Shown here: positions 28,541 to 36,507 of the stretch, piece by piece
Layout of the letters: every line of letters begins with the position of its first letter
How positions within the stretch are numbered: position 1 is the stretch's first letter
Source: Ignavibacteria bacterium
Lineage (GTDB): Bacteria > Elusimicrobiota > Endomicrobiia > PHAN01
Assembly: GCA_041694835.1 (NCBI GenBank)
Contig: JBGFRZ010000056.1
Coordinates: 1-41,752, forward strand
Direction: 5' to 3'
Length of the DNA: 41,752 nucleotides
Made by a program: the position numbers and the translations under genes
The notes under the pieces: model-generated
Databases searched by the model: none
The model's input: only the letters and a program-made list of their open reading frames with translations
Told to the model about the DNA's origin: nothing

Positions 28541-28778
28541 AACGAACAATCCATCCTTTGAGTTTCCCTCACAAAACCAAACGTGTCCAATTAAGACATC
28601 CGGTTCTTCAATATATACTCCAAAATAATCCACGGGTGGGGTTTCTCATCACTCTAATTCTTCTTTGGTAGTTAGCAGATTTTCCAGCCGACTTTCAACA
28701 ACCTTTTCTTTGTTTTCAGTTCGCTTTTCGATTTTTGTCTTCAGTTCTGCACTCCATCGCTCCATCGCTTCATCGCTC

Positions 28779-30341
28779 TCAATACGCCGGGGCGGTATAA
28801 TTTTGCGGATTCGGCAGCGACAAAATCCCCGAGTCAACAAGGAGTTTCGAACTAAATACAAGGTCTATTGTAATTTCTCCTTTGTCATTTTTAGCATTCT
28901 GATTCGTAAAAGCGCTTGAAGTATATGTTCTTTGGAGGTTGAGTTTGTAAGCATAATCCCGCAACTCTTCCGGTTTCTTGTTTTTAAGGTCCGCTATCGT
29001 TATGATTTTTCCGTCGTCATCGGCAATGTAGTCGCTTGCGGCAATCCACTGGTTCTTTGAATAATTATTTCTCTGGTAAAAGTGAAACACCTCGGGGCCG
29101 CCGGGCTGGGAAAATTCGTTAAAATATACCTTTCTTTCGCCGTCAAGGAAATAGTATTTGCCGAGTTTAGAATCGTATTGAAAGTCGGTCCTGAAATTGA
29201 GCGGCAAGCCGGTAGCAATGTTGTAATACAAAAGTTCGCCCGAATCCAATCTACCGTTTTGATTACTATCCGTGAAGTCCCACCACTTCTTGTCATTTAC
29301 AAGAAATTTGAATTCATTAAACATAAGATACCACGACTTCGGATTCGCGGGGTTATCAGCGTACATATTTCCACCGGTGGCAACTTCGTTTACTTTGTCA
29401 ACTGTGTTCGACATAACGGAATCGACGCCGGTAAGCCAGTTCGACGGCTTTGTGACGCCGTCATAATAAAACATATTTTTCGTGGCTTCGGTCAAATCTC
29501 TGGGAAGCGCGCTGTTGAACGTAAACAGTAACTTCCCAAAATCAAATCTGTTTTCGCGGGTATTTAAGACGACATATTTGAACTGGTTTTCGGCGGGACG
29601 CACCACATATTCTTCCAGACGCACCCTTTTTCCGTGAACATCAATTATCGCTTTTCCGTTCTGAAACTCGGCGAGTTTTATTTCGGCGGCGGCGCGGGAC
29701 AAGACGGCGTCTTTCGATATTTCATCAAACATCTCCGCTTGCACAACAGATTTTATCCGCTCCGTCTCGGGTATCTCTGTTTTTTCAATGTCTAATTTTT
29801 CAGGGGCGGACGGCGGAGTATTTTCTATTATAGTGGTGGAATGTCCCTCGGGAATCTCGATTTCAATCCCCGTCATTTCTTCTCTCGCAGCGACAATTCC
29901 TTCATAGACTTCGACCCTGACTTTATTCGCCTCATCAACCGAGACGGAAAAATCGGTTCCTCTGACTGATATCACGGATACAGGAGTTCTTACATGATAT
30001 TTGTCAATGGGACGGAGTCGTTTGACCCATGAACGAATTTTACCAACCATCATTGAAAATACGTTCGCATTTTTGCTCGCTTCATCTACGGCAACAATTG
30101 AGTTTTCGTCGATTTTGATTTTGTGATTTTGAATTGTTACCCCTTCAACAGATGAACGGCGGGATGTTTTAATCTGTGCTCCTGCAGAGATGTTTTGACC
30201 TCTTGAGACCGTCTGCCATTCCATGGTGGCATCATCTCTGGCTTTTACTTCCCCAACAACCCTCGTGACCTTGAGCTGCGCCGACAATTGAGGAATGTTG
30301 AGTATCAGACAAGAAACAAAAAAAATTGAAATTTTTTTCAT
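28779..30341 (-). CDS. FecR-domain exported protein
   Basis: Signal peptide; IKT...S, VRTPVSVISVRGTDF.V..EVYEG.V FecR motif; GGAGG RBS. Confidence 0.78.
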   Translation of the reverse strand: MKKISIFFVSCLILNIPQLSAQLKVTRVVGEVKARDDATMEWQTVSRGQNISAGAQIKTSRRSSVEGVTIQNHKIKIDENSIVAVDEASKNANVFSMMVGKIRSWVKRLRPIDKYHVRTPVSVISVRGTDFSVSVDEANKVRVEVYEGIVAAREEMTGIEIEIPEGHSTTIIENTPPSAPEKLDIEKTEIPETERIKSVVQAEMFDEISKDAVLSRAAAEIKLAEFQNGKAIIDVHGKRVRLEEYVVRPAENQFKYVVLNTRENRFDFGKLLFTFNSALPRDLTEATKNMFYYDGVTKPSNWLTGVDSVMSNTVDKVNEVATGGNMYADNPANPKSWYLMFNEFKFLVNDKKWWDFTDSNQNGRLDSGELLYYNIATGLPLNFRTDFQYDSKLGKYYFLDGERKVYFNEFSQPGGPEVFHFYQRNNYSKNQWIAASDYIADDDGKIITIADLKNKKPEELRDYAYKLNLQRTYTSSAFTNQNAKNDKGEITIDLVFSSKLLVDSGILSLPNPQNYTAPAY

Positions 30342-30372
30342 AACGCACCTCCGCGCTTGTTTCATCAATATG

Positions 30373-30401
30373 ACTATACCAAATGCGGGCAAAAAAGTCA
30401 A
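30373..30401 (-). promoter_or_regulatory. sigma70 promoter for the FecR-protein gene
   Basis: TTGACT, 17 bp spacer ending in TGG, TATAGT. Confidence 0.65.
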
Positions 30402-30405
30402 GGGG

Positions 30406-30421
30406 TGTGACAAAAGTCACA
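30406..30421. promoter_or_regulatory. CRP/FNR-family binding site
   Basis: TGTGA-CAAAAG-TCACA immediately upstream of the -35 box. Confidence 0.65.
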
Positions 30422-30526
30422 AAAGTGGATGGCATGGATCGAAGGTTAAGAAAAAACACCAGGACAATGTTTCAGACGGAAAATTCGAACAAATGTTCGA
30501 ATCGGCATCTTGCCTATTCCACAAAA

Positions 30527-30542
30527 TGTGACAAAAATCACA
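30527..30542. promoter_or_regulatory. CRP/FNR-family binding site
   Basis: TGTGA-CAAAAA-TCACA; exact reverse complement of 23441-23456. Confidence 0.65.
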
Positions 30543-30549
30543 GTTTATT

Positions 30550-30918
30550 TTAGCGACATTCGCATTTTATAATTTTTGATTTGTTGGCTATGAAGCCGGC
30601 GGCATCTATGACGCGCACCTGCAGTTTATGGAAGCCGGATGGTATGCGATGCCAATCGTACCACCAAAAGCCTACGGCCTGACGGCATGGGTGCCAGGTT
30701 TTGCCGTCAAGTGAAATCTCAACACTTCCGAGAGCGTCGGTGGATATTCTTACGGCGTAATGATGAGCCGCTATTATCTCCCCCGAAACGGGATGGTCTA
30801 CCTTTATATATGTGTTCGGTTGGGTCAAAACGGCTTTCTTTACGGGCGGTTTTTTTGTGGGCGGCTGTTTTATTCCTCTCGCCGTCGGTGAGTTTTTTGC
30901 AGTCTCTTTTCTTACCAT
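30550..30918 (-). CDS. Hypothetical protein: Lys/Pro-rich N-terminus and an Ig-like domain
   Basis: AAGGAGGA RBS; VEISLDGKTW..C...GFWWYDW...PSG.H.L.VR. Confidence 0.65.
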   Translation of the reverse strand: MVRKETAKNSPTARGIKQPPTKKPPVKKAVLTQPNTYIKVDHPVSGEIIAAHHYAVRISTDALGSVEISLDGKTWHPCRQAVGFWWYDWHRIPSGFHKLQVRVIDAAGFIANKSKIIKCECR

Positions 30919-31015
30919 AGTTTCATCCTCCTTTCCCAACCTGATGTCGGGATAAATTAAAGCACTGCCACATTTGAGTTGGTGTAAGAGTATAATCGCG
31001 CCATCGTATAAGCGA

Positions 31016-31585
31016 TTAGTGGTTGCTTTTTATTTCTTCTACTATTTTTTTTACTTGTTTTCTTAAATCCCCCAGACCCGCCACGTTTAATATCACCTTG
31101 TCGGATAGTTTTCTCTTAAAATAAAGCGGCATCTGGGAAGAAATCCTTCTGACAGCGTCTCTTTTTTTTATGCCCTGTTTTCCAAGCCGGGCGATCTGAT
31201 GCTCTTTTGTTGTCCAAACCGTAACAGTCATATTAAACAATTTTTTTAATTTTTTTTCAAATAGAAGCGGCGCTTCAACAACTACGAGTGGCGAGCGGCG
31301 GGTTGAAGCGGAGAAGTTTTTAATTTCTTCAATAACGAGCGGATGAATTATTCTTTCGAGTTGTTTTCTTTTTTTTGCGGCGCTGAAAATGAGCATGGCT
31401 ATTTTTTTTCTATCAGCGGTGCCGAATATTTTTTTTATTTTTTCAAGAATTTTCGGTTTATAAAAAACTTTTTTCGATATTTCATCGGCATTGTGCGTTT
31501 TAAATCCATACTTTTTAAACTCATTCAATACGGTCGTTTTGCCGCTGCAGACGCCCCCTGTTAATCCCACCACAATTTTTTTCAT
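31016..31585 (-). CDS. coaE: Dephospho-CoA kinase
   Basis: GLTGGVCSGKTT, ADEI, LE.IIHP, EAPLLFE, RISSQMP; downstream of polA. Confidence 0.92.
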   Translation of the reverse strand: MKKIVVGLTGGVCSGKTTVLNEFKKYGFKTHNADEISKKVFYKPKILEKIKKIFGTADRKKIAMLIFSAAKKRKQLERIIHPLVIEEIKNFSASTRRSPLVVVEAPLLFEKKLKKLFNMTVTVWTTKEHQIARLGKQGIKKRDAVRRISSQMPLYFKRKLSDKVILNVAGLGDLRKQVKKIVEEIKSNH

Positions 31586-31664
31586 ACTAAGAAAATGTAA
31601 ACTCTTTGCCCTTCTACCTCTCTACCTTTTTACCTTCTACCTTATATCATGTTTTTCAACGGAC

Positions 31665-34409
31665 TCATAATACCAGAGGCTTCATCTCGTCCCAGTTTTT
31701 TCCGCATTTCAAATCAACCACGACGGGAATATCAAGTTTTATCGCTTGCTCCATCTCTTTTTTTATCCATGCCGCCGTCGAGGCAAGCTCCTTTTGAGAT
31801 ATTTCGAACAATAGCTCATCGTGAACCTGTACAAGCATTTTTATATCTTTCAACTTCCCGCCTTCATCTTTTAGCTTTCTATGAATATTTATCATCGCGA
31901 GCTTTATTATGTCGGCAGAACTCCCCTGGACGGGGGTGTTTGTGGCTACCCTTTCGGCGGAAGTTTTTATCTGGTTGTTTGAAGAGTTTATCTCGGGAAT
32001 ATATCTGATTCTGTTCAGAAGCGTCTTGACATAACCGTTCTTGCGCGCTGCGGCAATGTTTTGCTCAATCCATCTTTTTACGCCTGAATACTTCGAAAAA
32101 TAATTCTCTATGTAAGATGCGGCCATCGACTGATCTATCCCGAGAGATTGTGAAAGTCCGTAGGCGCTCATTCCGTAGATTATCCCGAAGTTTATCGTTT
32201 TTGCAACGCTCCTATTCGCTTCGCTTTTATTCGCGGAGTTTATCCTGATGAAATCGGGACTCGCCCCCGAATAAATTCGGGAGCTGCATTTATCATCGTA
32301 TTTTCCAAAAAGTTCCATCGCTGTACGAATATGGATATCCTCCCCTTTTGCGAAGGCGTCGCACATATTCTCGTCTCCGGAAAGGTGAGCAAGGATTCGT
32401 AAATCTATCTGCGAGTAATCGGCGGAAAGCAAAACAAAGCCGTCTTCGGAGATGAAACCGCGTCTTATCTTTCTTCCTTCCTCGGTTTTTACGGGGATGT
32501 TTTGAAGATTTGGGTCGCTTGAAGAAAGTCGACCGGTAGCTGTAACCGTCTGATTAAAGGAAGCGTGAATTCTATGGCTTTTTTCATCCGCCAGAGGCAG
32601 CAGAGCGTCGATATACGTGCTTTTTAGTTTCGAAAGCTCTCTGTGCAAAAGCATTTTTTGGGGAAGTTCATGCTGTGTGGAAAGAATCTTTAAAACCTCC
32701 TCGTCGGTAGATAGCCCCGTTTTTGTCTTCCTAACGGGGGGCAGTTTCAGTTTTTCGAATAAAACAAACGAAAGCTGTTTGGGTGAATTCAGGTTGAATT
32801 CCTCTCCGGCAATATCGCGAACTTCCCTTTCAATTTGCGATATCCTACTGCCAACTTCCATGGAAAGCTCCTTGTAGTACTCCACATCTATCTTTATTCC
32901 GAATTCTTCCATCCTTGAGAGAACTTCAAGAAGAGGCATCTCGACATCGAAAAATAAACCGGAAAGTTTCTTTTCATCAATCTCATCAGAAAACTTCTCG
33001 GCGAGACGTAAGACATAATGGCTATCGGCCATGGCGTAGTCGGCGGCGGATTCTACGGAAACTTCATCCATCGTTTTTTGACTTTTTCCTTTTCCAAGAA
33101 GTTCCTCTATCTCAACCATCCTGTCGCCCAAAACCTCAAAAACCACATCTTTGAGGCCGTGGTACTGCCGTGAAGGATTCAGGCAATATGAAGCAATCAT
33201 CGTGTCGAAGTAAATTCCTTTGAGATTCACACCGTGCTTTTTTAGGACAAGCATATCGAATTTCAGGTTGTGGCCGTATTTTTTTATTTTTTCGTCTTCA
33301 AGCAGAGGCTTTAATTTTTTTAATACTAACTCTTCTGAAAGCTGCTCCGGCGAACCCAGATATTTATGCCCGATAGGTATGTAGAAAGATTGGGCTATGT
33401 CCGTCGAGACTGATATCCCCACGATTTCAGCCTTCAGGAAATCTATTGAAGTCGTTTCAATATCAACTGAAGCGGATTTTACCCTGTTTATTTCGTCCAA
33501 AAGATTGTCTAAAGAGTTTTCGTCAAAAATTATTTTTTTAGAATACCCGGCCTTCGGCGAGACGGCGGGCAAAACTTCCTTCATAAGAGTCGTAAATTCG
33601 TATTTTTTCAGAAGTCCTGTTAGTTTTTCGTAATCAAAATCTCTCCTTTTTAAATCTTCTAATTCCAAATCCAGCGGCACCTCGCGGTTTAGCGTGGCAA
33701 GAAAACGGGAGTTGTAGGCGCTCTCTTTTTGAATTGAGAGTCTTTCTCTTATCTTTTCCGGAATTTTCCCGAGGTTTTCGTATATTCCATCAAGAGTAAC
33801 GTAGTTTTTTATCAGAGTGAGCGCTGTTACCTCACCAACGCCTTTCACACCGGGAATATTGTCAGATTTATCGCCCACAAGAGCGAAGTAATCGACAAGC
33901 CCCGAAGGAGGTATCCCGTATCTTTTTTCAACCTTGATGCTGTCGTAAAGCGTTTCTTTGAGTTCGTCTAAAACTTTCACGTTTCCGCCAACTATTTGGA
34001 GCGCATCCTTGTCGCCTGTCACTATTATTATCTCGCAGGTTTTGCCGCCGAATTTCTCGACGAATGTGGCTATTATGTCGTCGGCTTCGAAGCCTTCCAT
34101 CTCGATGAGCGGCAAATTAAACGCCCTTACGAAATCCTTCACTATAGGAAACTGATGCTTCAGTTCCTCATCGGCTATTTTTCTTGTGGCTTTGTATTGG
34201 GCGTAATTCTTATGCCGAAATGTTTTGGCGGGATAATCGAAGCAAACAGCGACATATTCGGGGGAGTATTTTTTCAGTATTTTTAAAAGCATCCTCGCCG
34301 CGCCGAATACCGCGTTTATCTGCTCGCCCTTTGAAGTAGTAAGCGGGGCGATGGCGTGGTATGCCCTGTGAACGATGTTATTCCCGTCGAGCAGAAAGAG
34401 TTTTTTCAT
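31665..34409 (-). CDS. polA: DNA polymerase I, with an in-frame repeat-derived insertion before motif B
   Basis: LLDG, YKATR, EADD, GDKSDNIPGV, DIET, TGRLSSSDPNLQNIP, ADYSQIDLR, AKTINFGIIYG, QVHDEL. Confidence 0.97.
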   Translation of the reverse strand: MKKLFLLDGNNIVHRAYHAIAPLTTSKGEQINAVFGAARMLLKILKKYSPEYVAVCFDYPAKTFRHKNYAQYKATRKIADEELKHQFPIVKDFVRAFNLPLIEMEGFEADDIIATFVEKFGGKTCEIIIVTGDKDALQIVGGNVKVLDELKETLYDSIKVEKRYGIPPSGLVDYFALVGDKSDNIPGVKGVGEVTALTLIKNYVTLDGIYENLGKIPEKIRERLSIQKESAYNSRFLATLNREVPLDLELEDLKRRDFDYEKLTGLLKKYEFTTLMKEVLPAVSPKAGYSKKIIFDENSLDNLLDEINRVKSASVDIETTSIDFLKAEIVGISVSTDIAQSFYIPIGHKYLGSPEQLSEELVLKKLKPLLEDEKIKKYGHNLKFDMLVLKKHGVNLKGIYFDTMIASYCLNPSRQYHGLKDVVFEVLGDRMVEIEELLGKGKSQKTMDEVSVESAADYAMADSHYVLRLAEKFSDEIDEKKLSGLFFDVEMPLLEVLSRMEEFGIKIDVEYYKELSMEVGSRISQIEREVRDIAGEEFNLNSPKQLSFVLFEKLKLPPVRKTKTGLSTDEEVLKILSTQHELPQKMLLHRELSKLKSTYIDALLPLADEKSHRIHASFNQTVTATGRLSSSDPNLQNIPVKTEEGRKIRRGFISEDGFVLLSADYSQIDLRILAHLSGDENMCDAFAKGEDIHIRTAMELFGKYDDKCSSRIYSGASPDFIRINSANKSEANRSVAKTINFGIIYGMSAYGLSQSLGIDQSMAASYIENYFSKYSGVKRWIEQNIAAARKNGYVKTLLNRIRYIPEINSSNNQIKTSAERVATNTPVQGSSADIIKLAMINIHRKLKDEGGKLKDIKMLVQVHDELLFEISQKELASTAAWIKKEMEQAIKLDIPVVVDLKCGKNWDEMKPLVL
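32209..32288. repeat. Composite palindromic insertion in polA
   Basis: CCCGAATAAATTCGGG and TCCTGATGAAATCGGGA hairpins, plus the 17-mer CTCCTATTCGCTTCGCT shared with 39868-39884. Confidence 0.82.
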
Positions 34410-34695
34410 TATTTTTTTTGAAGAAAAGCAGGCAGTGGCATCGTCCATCTCTTTCAATCTCTTCTTTGTGCCATTTGCAGGGACATACTTTGGGGCGGTC
34501 TTCGTCGGAATTGCCGGAAACCATACGACATGGACAGTACTGCTTGCCGTATTTGTTCTTGTTTCTGACGAGACCTTCTATTACGGTATTTAATATGTTT
34601 TCATCGGGGTTTAAATCGAAGCCCTCTTTTGCGGCGTATTTGAGAGCATAGTTTTTGACTTTCTCAAATTCTTCTTCGAATTTTTGAGTTTTCAT
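34378..34695 (-). CDS. Ferredoxin:thioredoxin reductase catalytic subunit
   Basis: YCPCR, CPCKW and CHCLLF motifs. Confidence 0.88.
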   Translation of the reverse strand: MKTQKFEEEFEKVKNYALKYAAKEGFDLNPDENILNTVIEGLVRNKNKYGKQYCPCRMVSGNSDEDRPKVCPCKWHKEEIERDGRCHCLLFFKKNNEKTLSARRE

Positions 34696-34718
34696 AATAA
34701 TTTCCCCAAATGAATTTT

Positions 34719-34840
34719 AGGACGCAGATTTACAGGATTGTCGCAGATAAAAAACCTCTTAACCACTCGGATTAAGTGGTGAGAATTAAGAAAAAAAATT
34801 TGATTCTTAAATCCGTTTTTTCTGCGTTCATCCGCGTCCC
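34719..34840. repeat. CGCAGAT 9-mer inverted-array element
   Basis: aggacgcagatttacaggattgtcgcagat ... tctgcgttcatccgcgtccc; related copies at 24850, 38644 and 38722. Confidence 0.7.
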
Positions 34841-34885
34841 ATTAGAAATCCATCGAATAAATTCGAAGTATTCCGCAAATTCATT

Positions 34886-35434
34886 TCATCTTCTTCTTCG
34901 ACGGCGCGCGGGAGTTTTCGGTTTCGGTTCTTTTATAACTTCGGCAAGCGCTTCATCGATGCTCTTTGTCCATTCGTCATAAATCGAATCGGCAAACCCC
35001 ACCCAACGTCCGACGATATTTCCTCTTTTGTCGATAAGTATAAACGTCGGAATGCCTCTGACCTGATAATTTCTGGCCGTGATATCATCGCCAATGACGT
35101 TCAGGTATTTTATGTCTTTTTGCGATATGTATTTTTGGGCATCAGATATGTTCTCCATATTTATGCCTATGATAACGAAGTCTTTGTTTCCTTTATACTT
35201 TTCATAGAGTTTCGAAACAAATGGAATTGAAGCCTTACAGGGAGGACACCAAGAGGCCCAGAAATCGAGAAAAACAACTTTCCCTCTGTAAGGCGAAAGT
35301 TCGACTTTTTCCCCTTTCACCGATTTCAGCGAAAACTGATAAGCGGAAACTGACGCCTGAGCGCAAAGATTCTTTGAAAAAAAAGAACCCATAAACAATA
35401 AGCTTAAAAAAATAAACTTTTTTCTGTAACTCAT
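34886..35434 (-). CDS. TlpA/ResA-like thiol:disulfide oxidoreductase
   Basis: GKVVFLDFWASWCPPC, RGIPTFILIDK.G; signal peptide. Confidence 0.88.
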   Translation of the reverse strand: MSYRKKFIFLSLLFMGSFFSKNLCAQASVSAYQFSLKSVKGEKVELSPYRGKVVFLDFWASWCPPCKASIPFVSKLYEKYKGNKDFVIIGINMENISDAQKYISQKDIKYLNVIGDDITARNYQVRGIPTFILIDKRGNIVGRWVGFADSIYDEWTKSIDEALAEVIKEPKPKTPARRRRRR

Positions 35435-35456
35435 TTGCGATAACCTCCAAAATATT

Positions 35457-36158
35457 TCACGGATTAAAAATATCGGGTGGTCTTCTTTTATGCTCGGAAC
35501 GGACTATCATCTTTTTTACACGAAAATCCGCGATCATTTTACCCGATTCATATATCCTGAGAATCTTTTCAAGCTCAGGATAAGTGATGCCAATTTCTCC
35601 TTCATCCGTCTGACCCGGCCACAATCCGGCGGCGGGAGCTTTATTTATAATTTCATCCGGCACACCGAGATATCTGGCCAGTTCAACTACCTCGCTTTTG
35701 TAAAAATTTCCTATGGGAAGTATGTCGACTCCTCCGTCGCCGTATTTCGTGAAATAGCCCACAGAAAGCTCGGATTTATTGCCCGTTCCCACCACAAGAT
35801 AGTTCAGATTGTTCGCAAAATAGTAAAGGGTGAGCATTCTGAGTCTCGGCTTTATATTCGCTGCGGAAAGCATCTTCCCTGGGGGCAATATTTTCATCAT
35901 AGCGTCGTAGATTTTCGTGATGTCGACTATTTTATACTTTAGTCTGAATTTTTTTGCGAAAGATATAGCGGCGGCGATCTCGCCTTTTTGAGAGTGGCAT
36001 GGCATTATGAGACAAACAATATTTTCCCCGAGAGCTTTTTTGCAAAGGAGAGCCACGACAGCCGAATCTATACCCCCGGAAAGACCGATTACGGCACCGG
36101 CCGCCCGGGAGCCATTTACTTTCTTTTTAATCCAGCCGGCAATTTTCGCCGAATTCAT
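35457..36158 (-). CDS. nadE: NH3-dependent NAD+ synthetase
   Basis: GLSGGIDSAV, NIKPRLRM, GTGNKSE, GYFTKYGDGG, GQTDE, SEHKR. Confidence 0.95.
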   Translation of the reverse strand: MNSAKIAGWIKKKVNGSRAAGAVIGLSGGIDSAVVALLCKKALGENIVCLIMPCHSQKGEIAAAISFAKKFRLKYKIVDITKIYDAMMKILPPGKMLSAANIKPRLRMLTLYYFANNLNYLVVGTGNKSELSVGYFTKYGDGGVDILPIGNFYKSEVVELARYLGVPDEIINKAPAAGLWPGQTDEGEIGITYPELEKILRIYESGKMIADFRVKKMIVRSEHKRRPPDIFNP

Positions 36159-36182
36159 GCAATCTCCTCGCCGGAAACTAAC

Positions 36183-36218
36183 AAAAAAAATGCGCCCTAG
36201 TGGGGGGAACTAGGGCGC
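36183..36218 (-). terminator. Intrinsic terminator in the nadE 5' region
   Basis: GCGCCCTAGT-TCCCCCC-ACTAGGGCGC-A-TTTTTTTT on the minus strand. Confidence 0.75.
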
Positions 36219-36237
36219 GTAGGATATACTAGGTGAA

Positions 36238-36267
36238 ATTTTACAAAAAATAAACAAGGTCTGTCAA
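36238..36267 (-). promoter_or_regulatory. Candidate sigma70 promoter upstream of nadE
   Basis: TTGACA, 18 bp spacer, TAAAAT. Confidence 0.5.
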
Positions 36268-36277
36268 GTTTTTGCTA

Positions 36278-36481
36278 AAAAATTTTGGCTCTTCTCCAAA
36301 TGTTGTTGTAACATTGGGTAAAAATTTTGCAATACCGCTATGTAAAAACAAAGTATTTTCGCTCATTCTCGTCCCGATAAATCGGGACTGCGAGGTAATC
36401 AAGTGTTCACACTTGATTAAACCCGCTCAAACACTTTGTTTTTATACGCACAACAAAAAATGGAGAAGAGCCAAAATTTTT
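36278..36481. mobile_element. 204-bp foldback/MITE-like element
   Basis: Perfect 21-bp inverted repeat AAAAATTTTGGCTCTTCTCCA; inner arms AAAAACAAAGT/ACTTTGTTTTT; hairpins GTCCCGATAAATCGGGAC and TAATCAAGTGT-TC-ACACTTGATTA. Confidence 0.7.
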
Positions 36482-36507
36482 ATAAAGCGATGCGACTTGA
36501 TTTAATA

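Noticed and set aside
28649-28861. 70-aa ORF between the FecR and BNR genes
   Set aside because: It overlaps the FecR gene end and is mostly translated 7-8 nt tandem repeats.
32209-32288. Intein in PolA (the segment starts with Cys and ends with Asn)
   Set aside because: It is only about 25 aa, has no HINT blocks, and the next residue is Arg rather than Cys/Ser/Thr.
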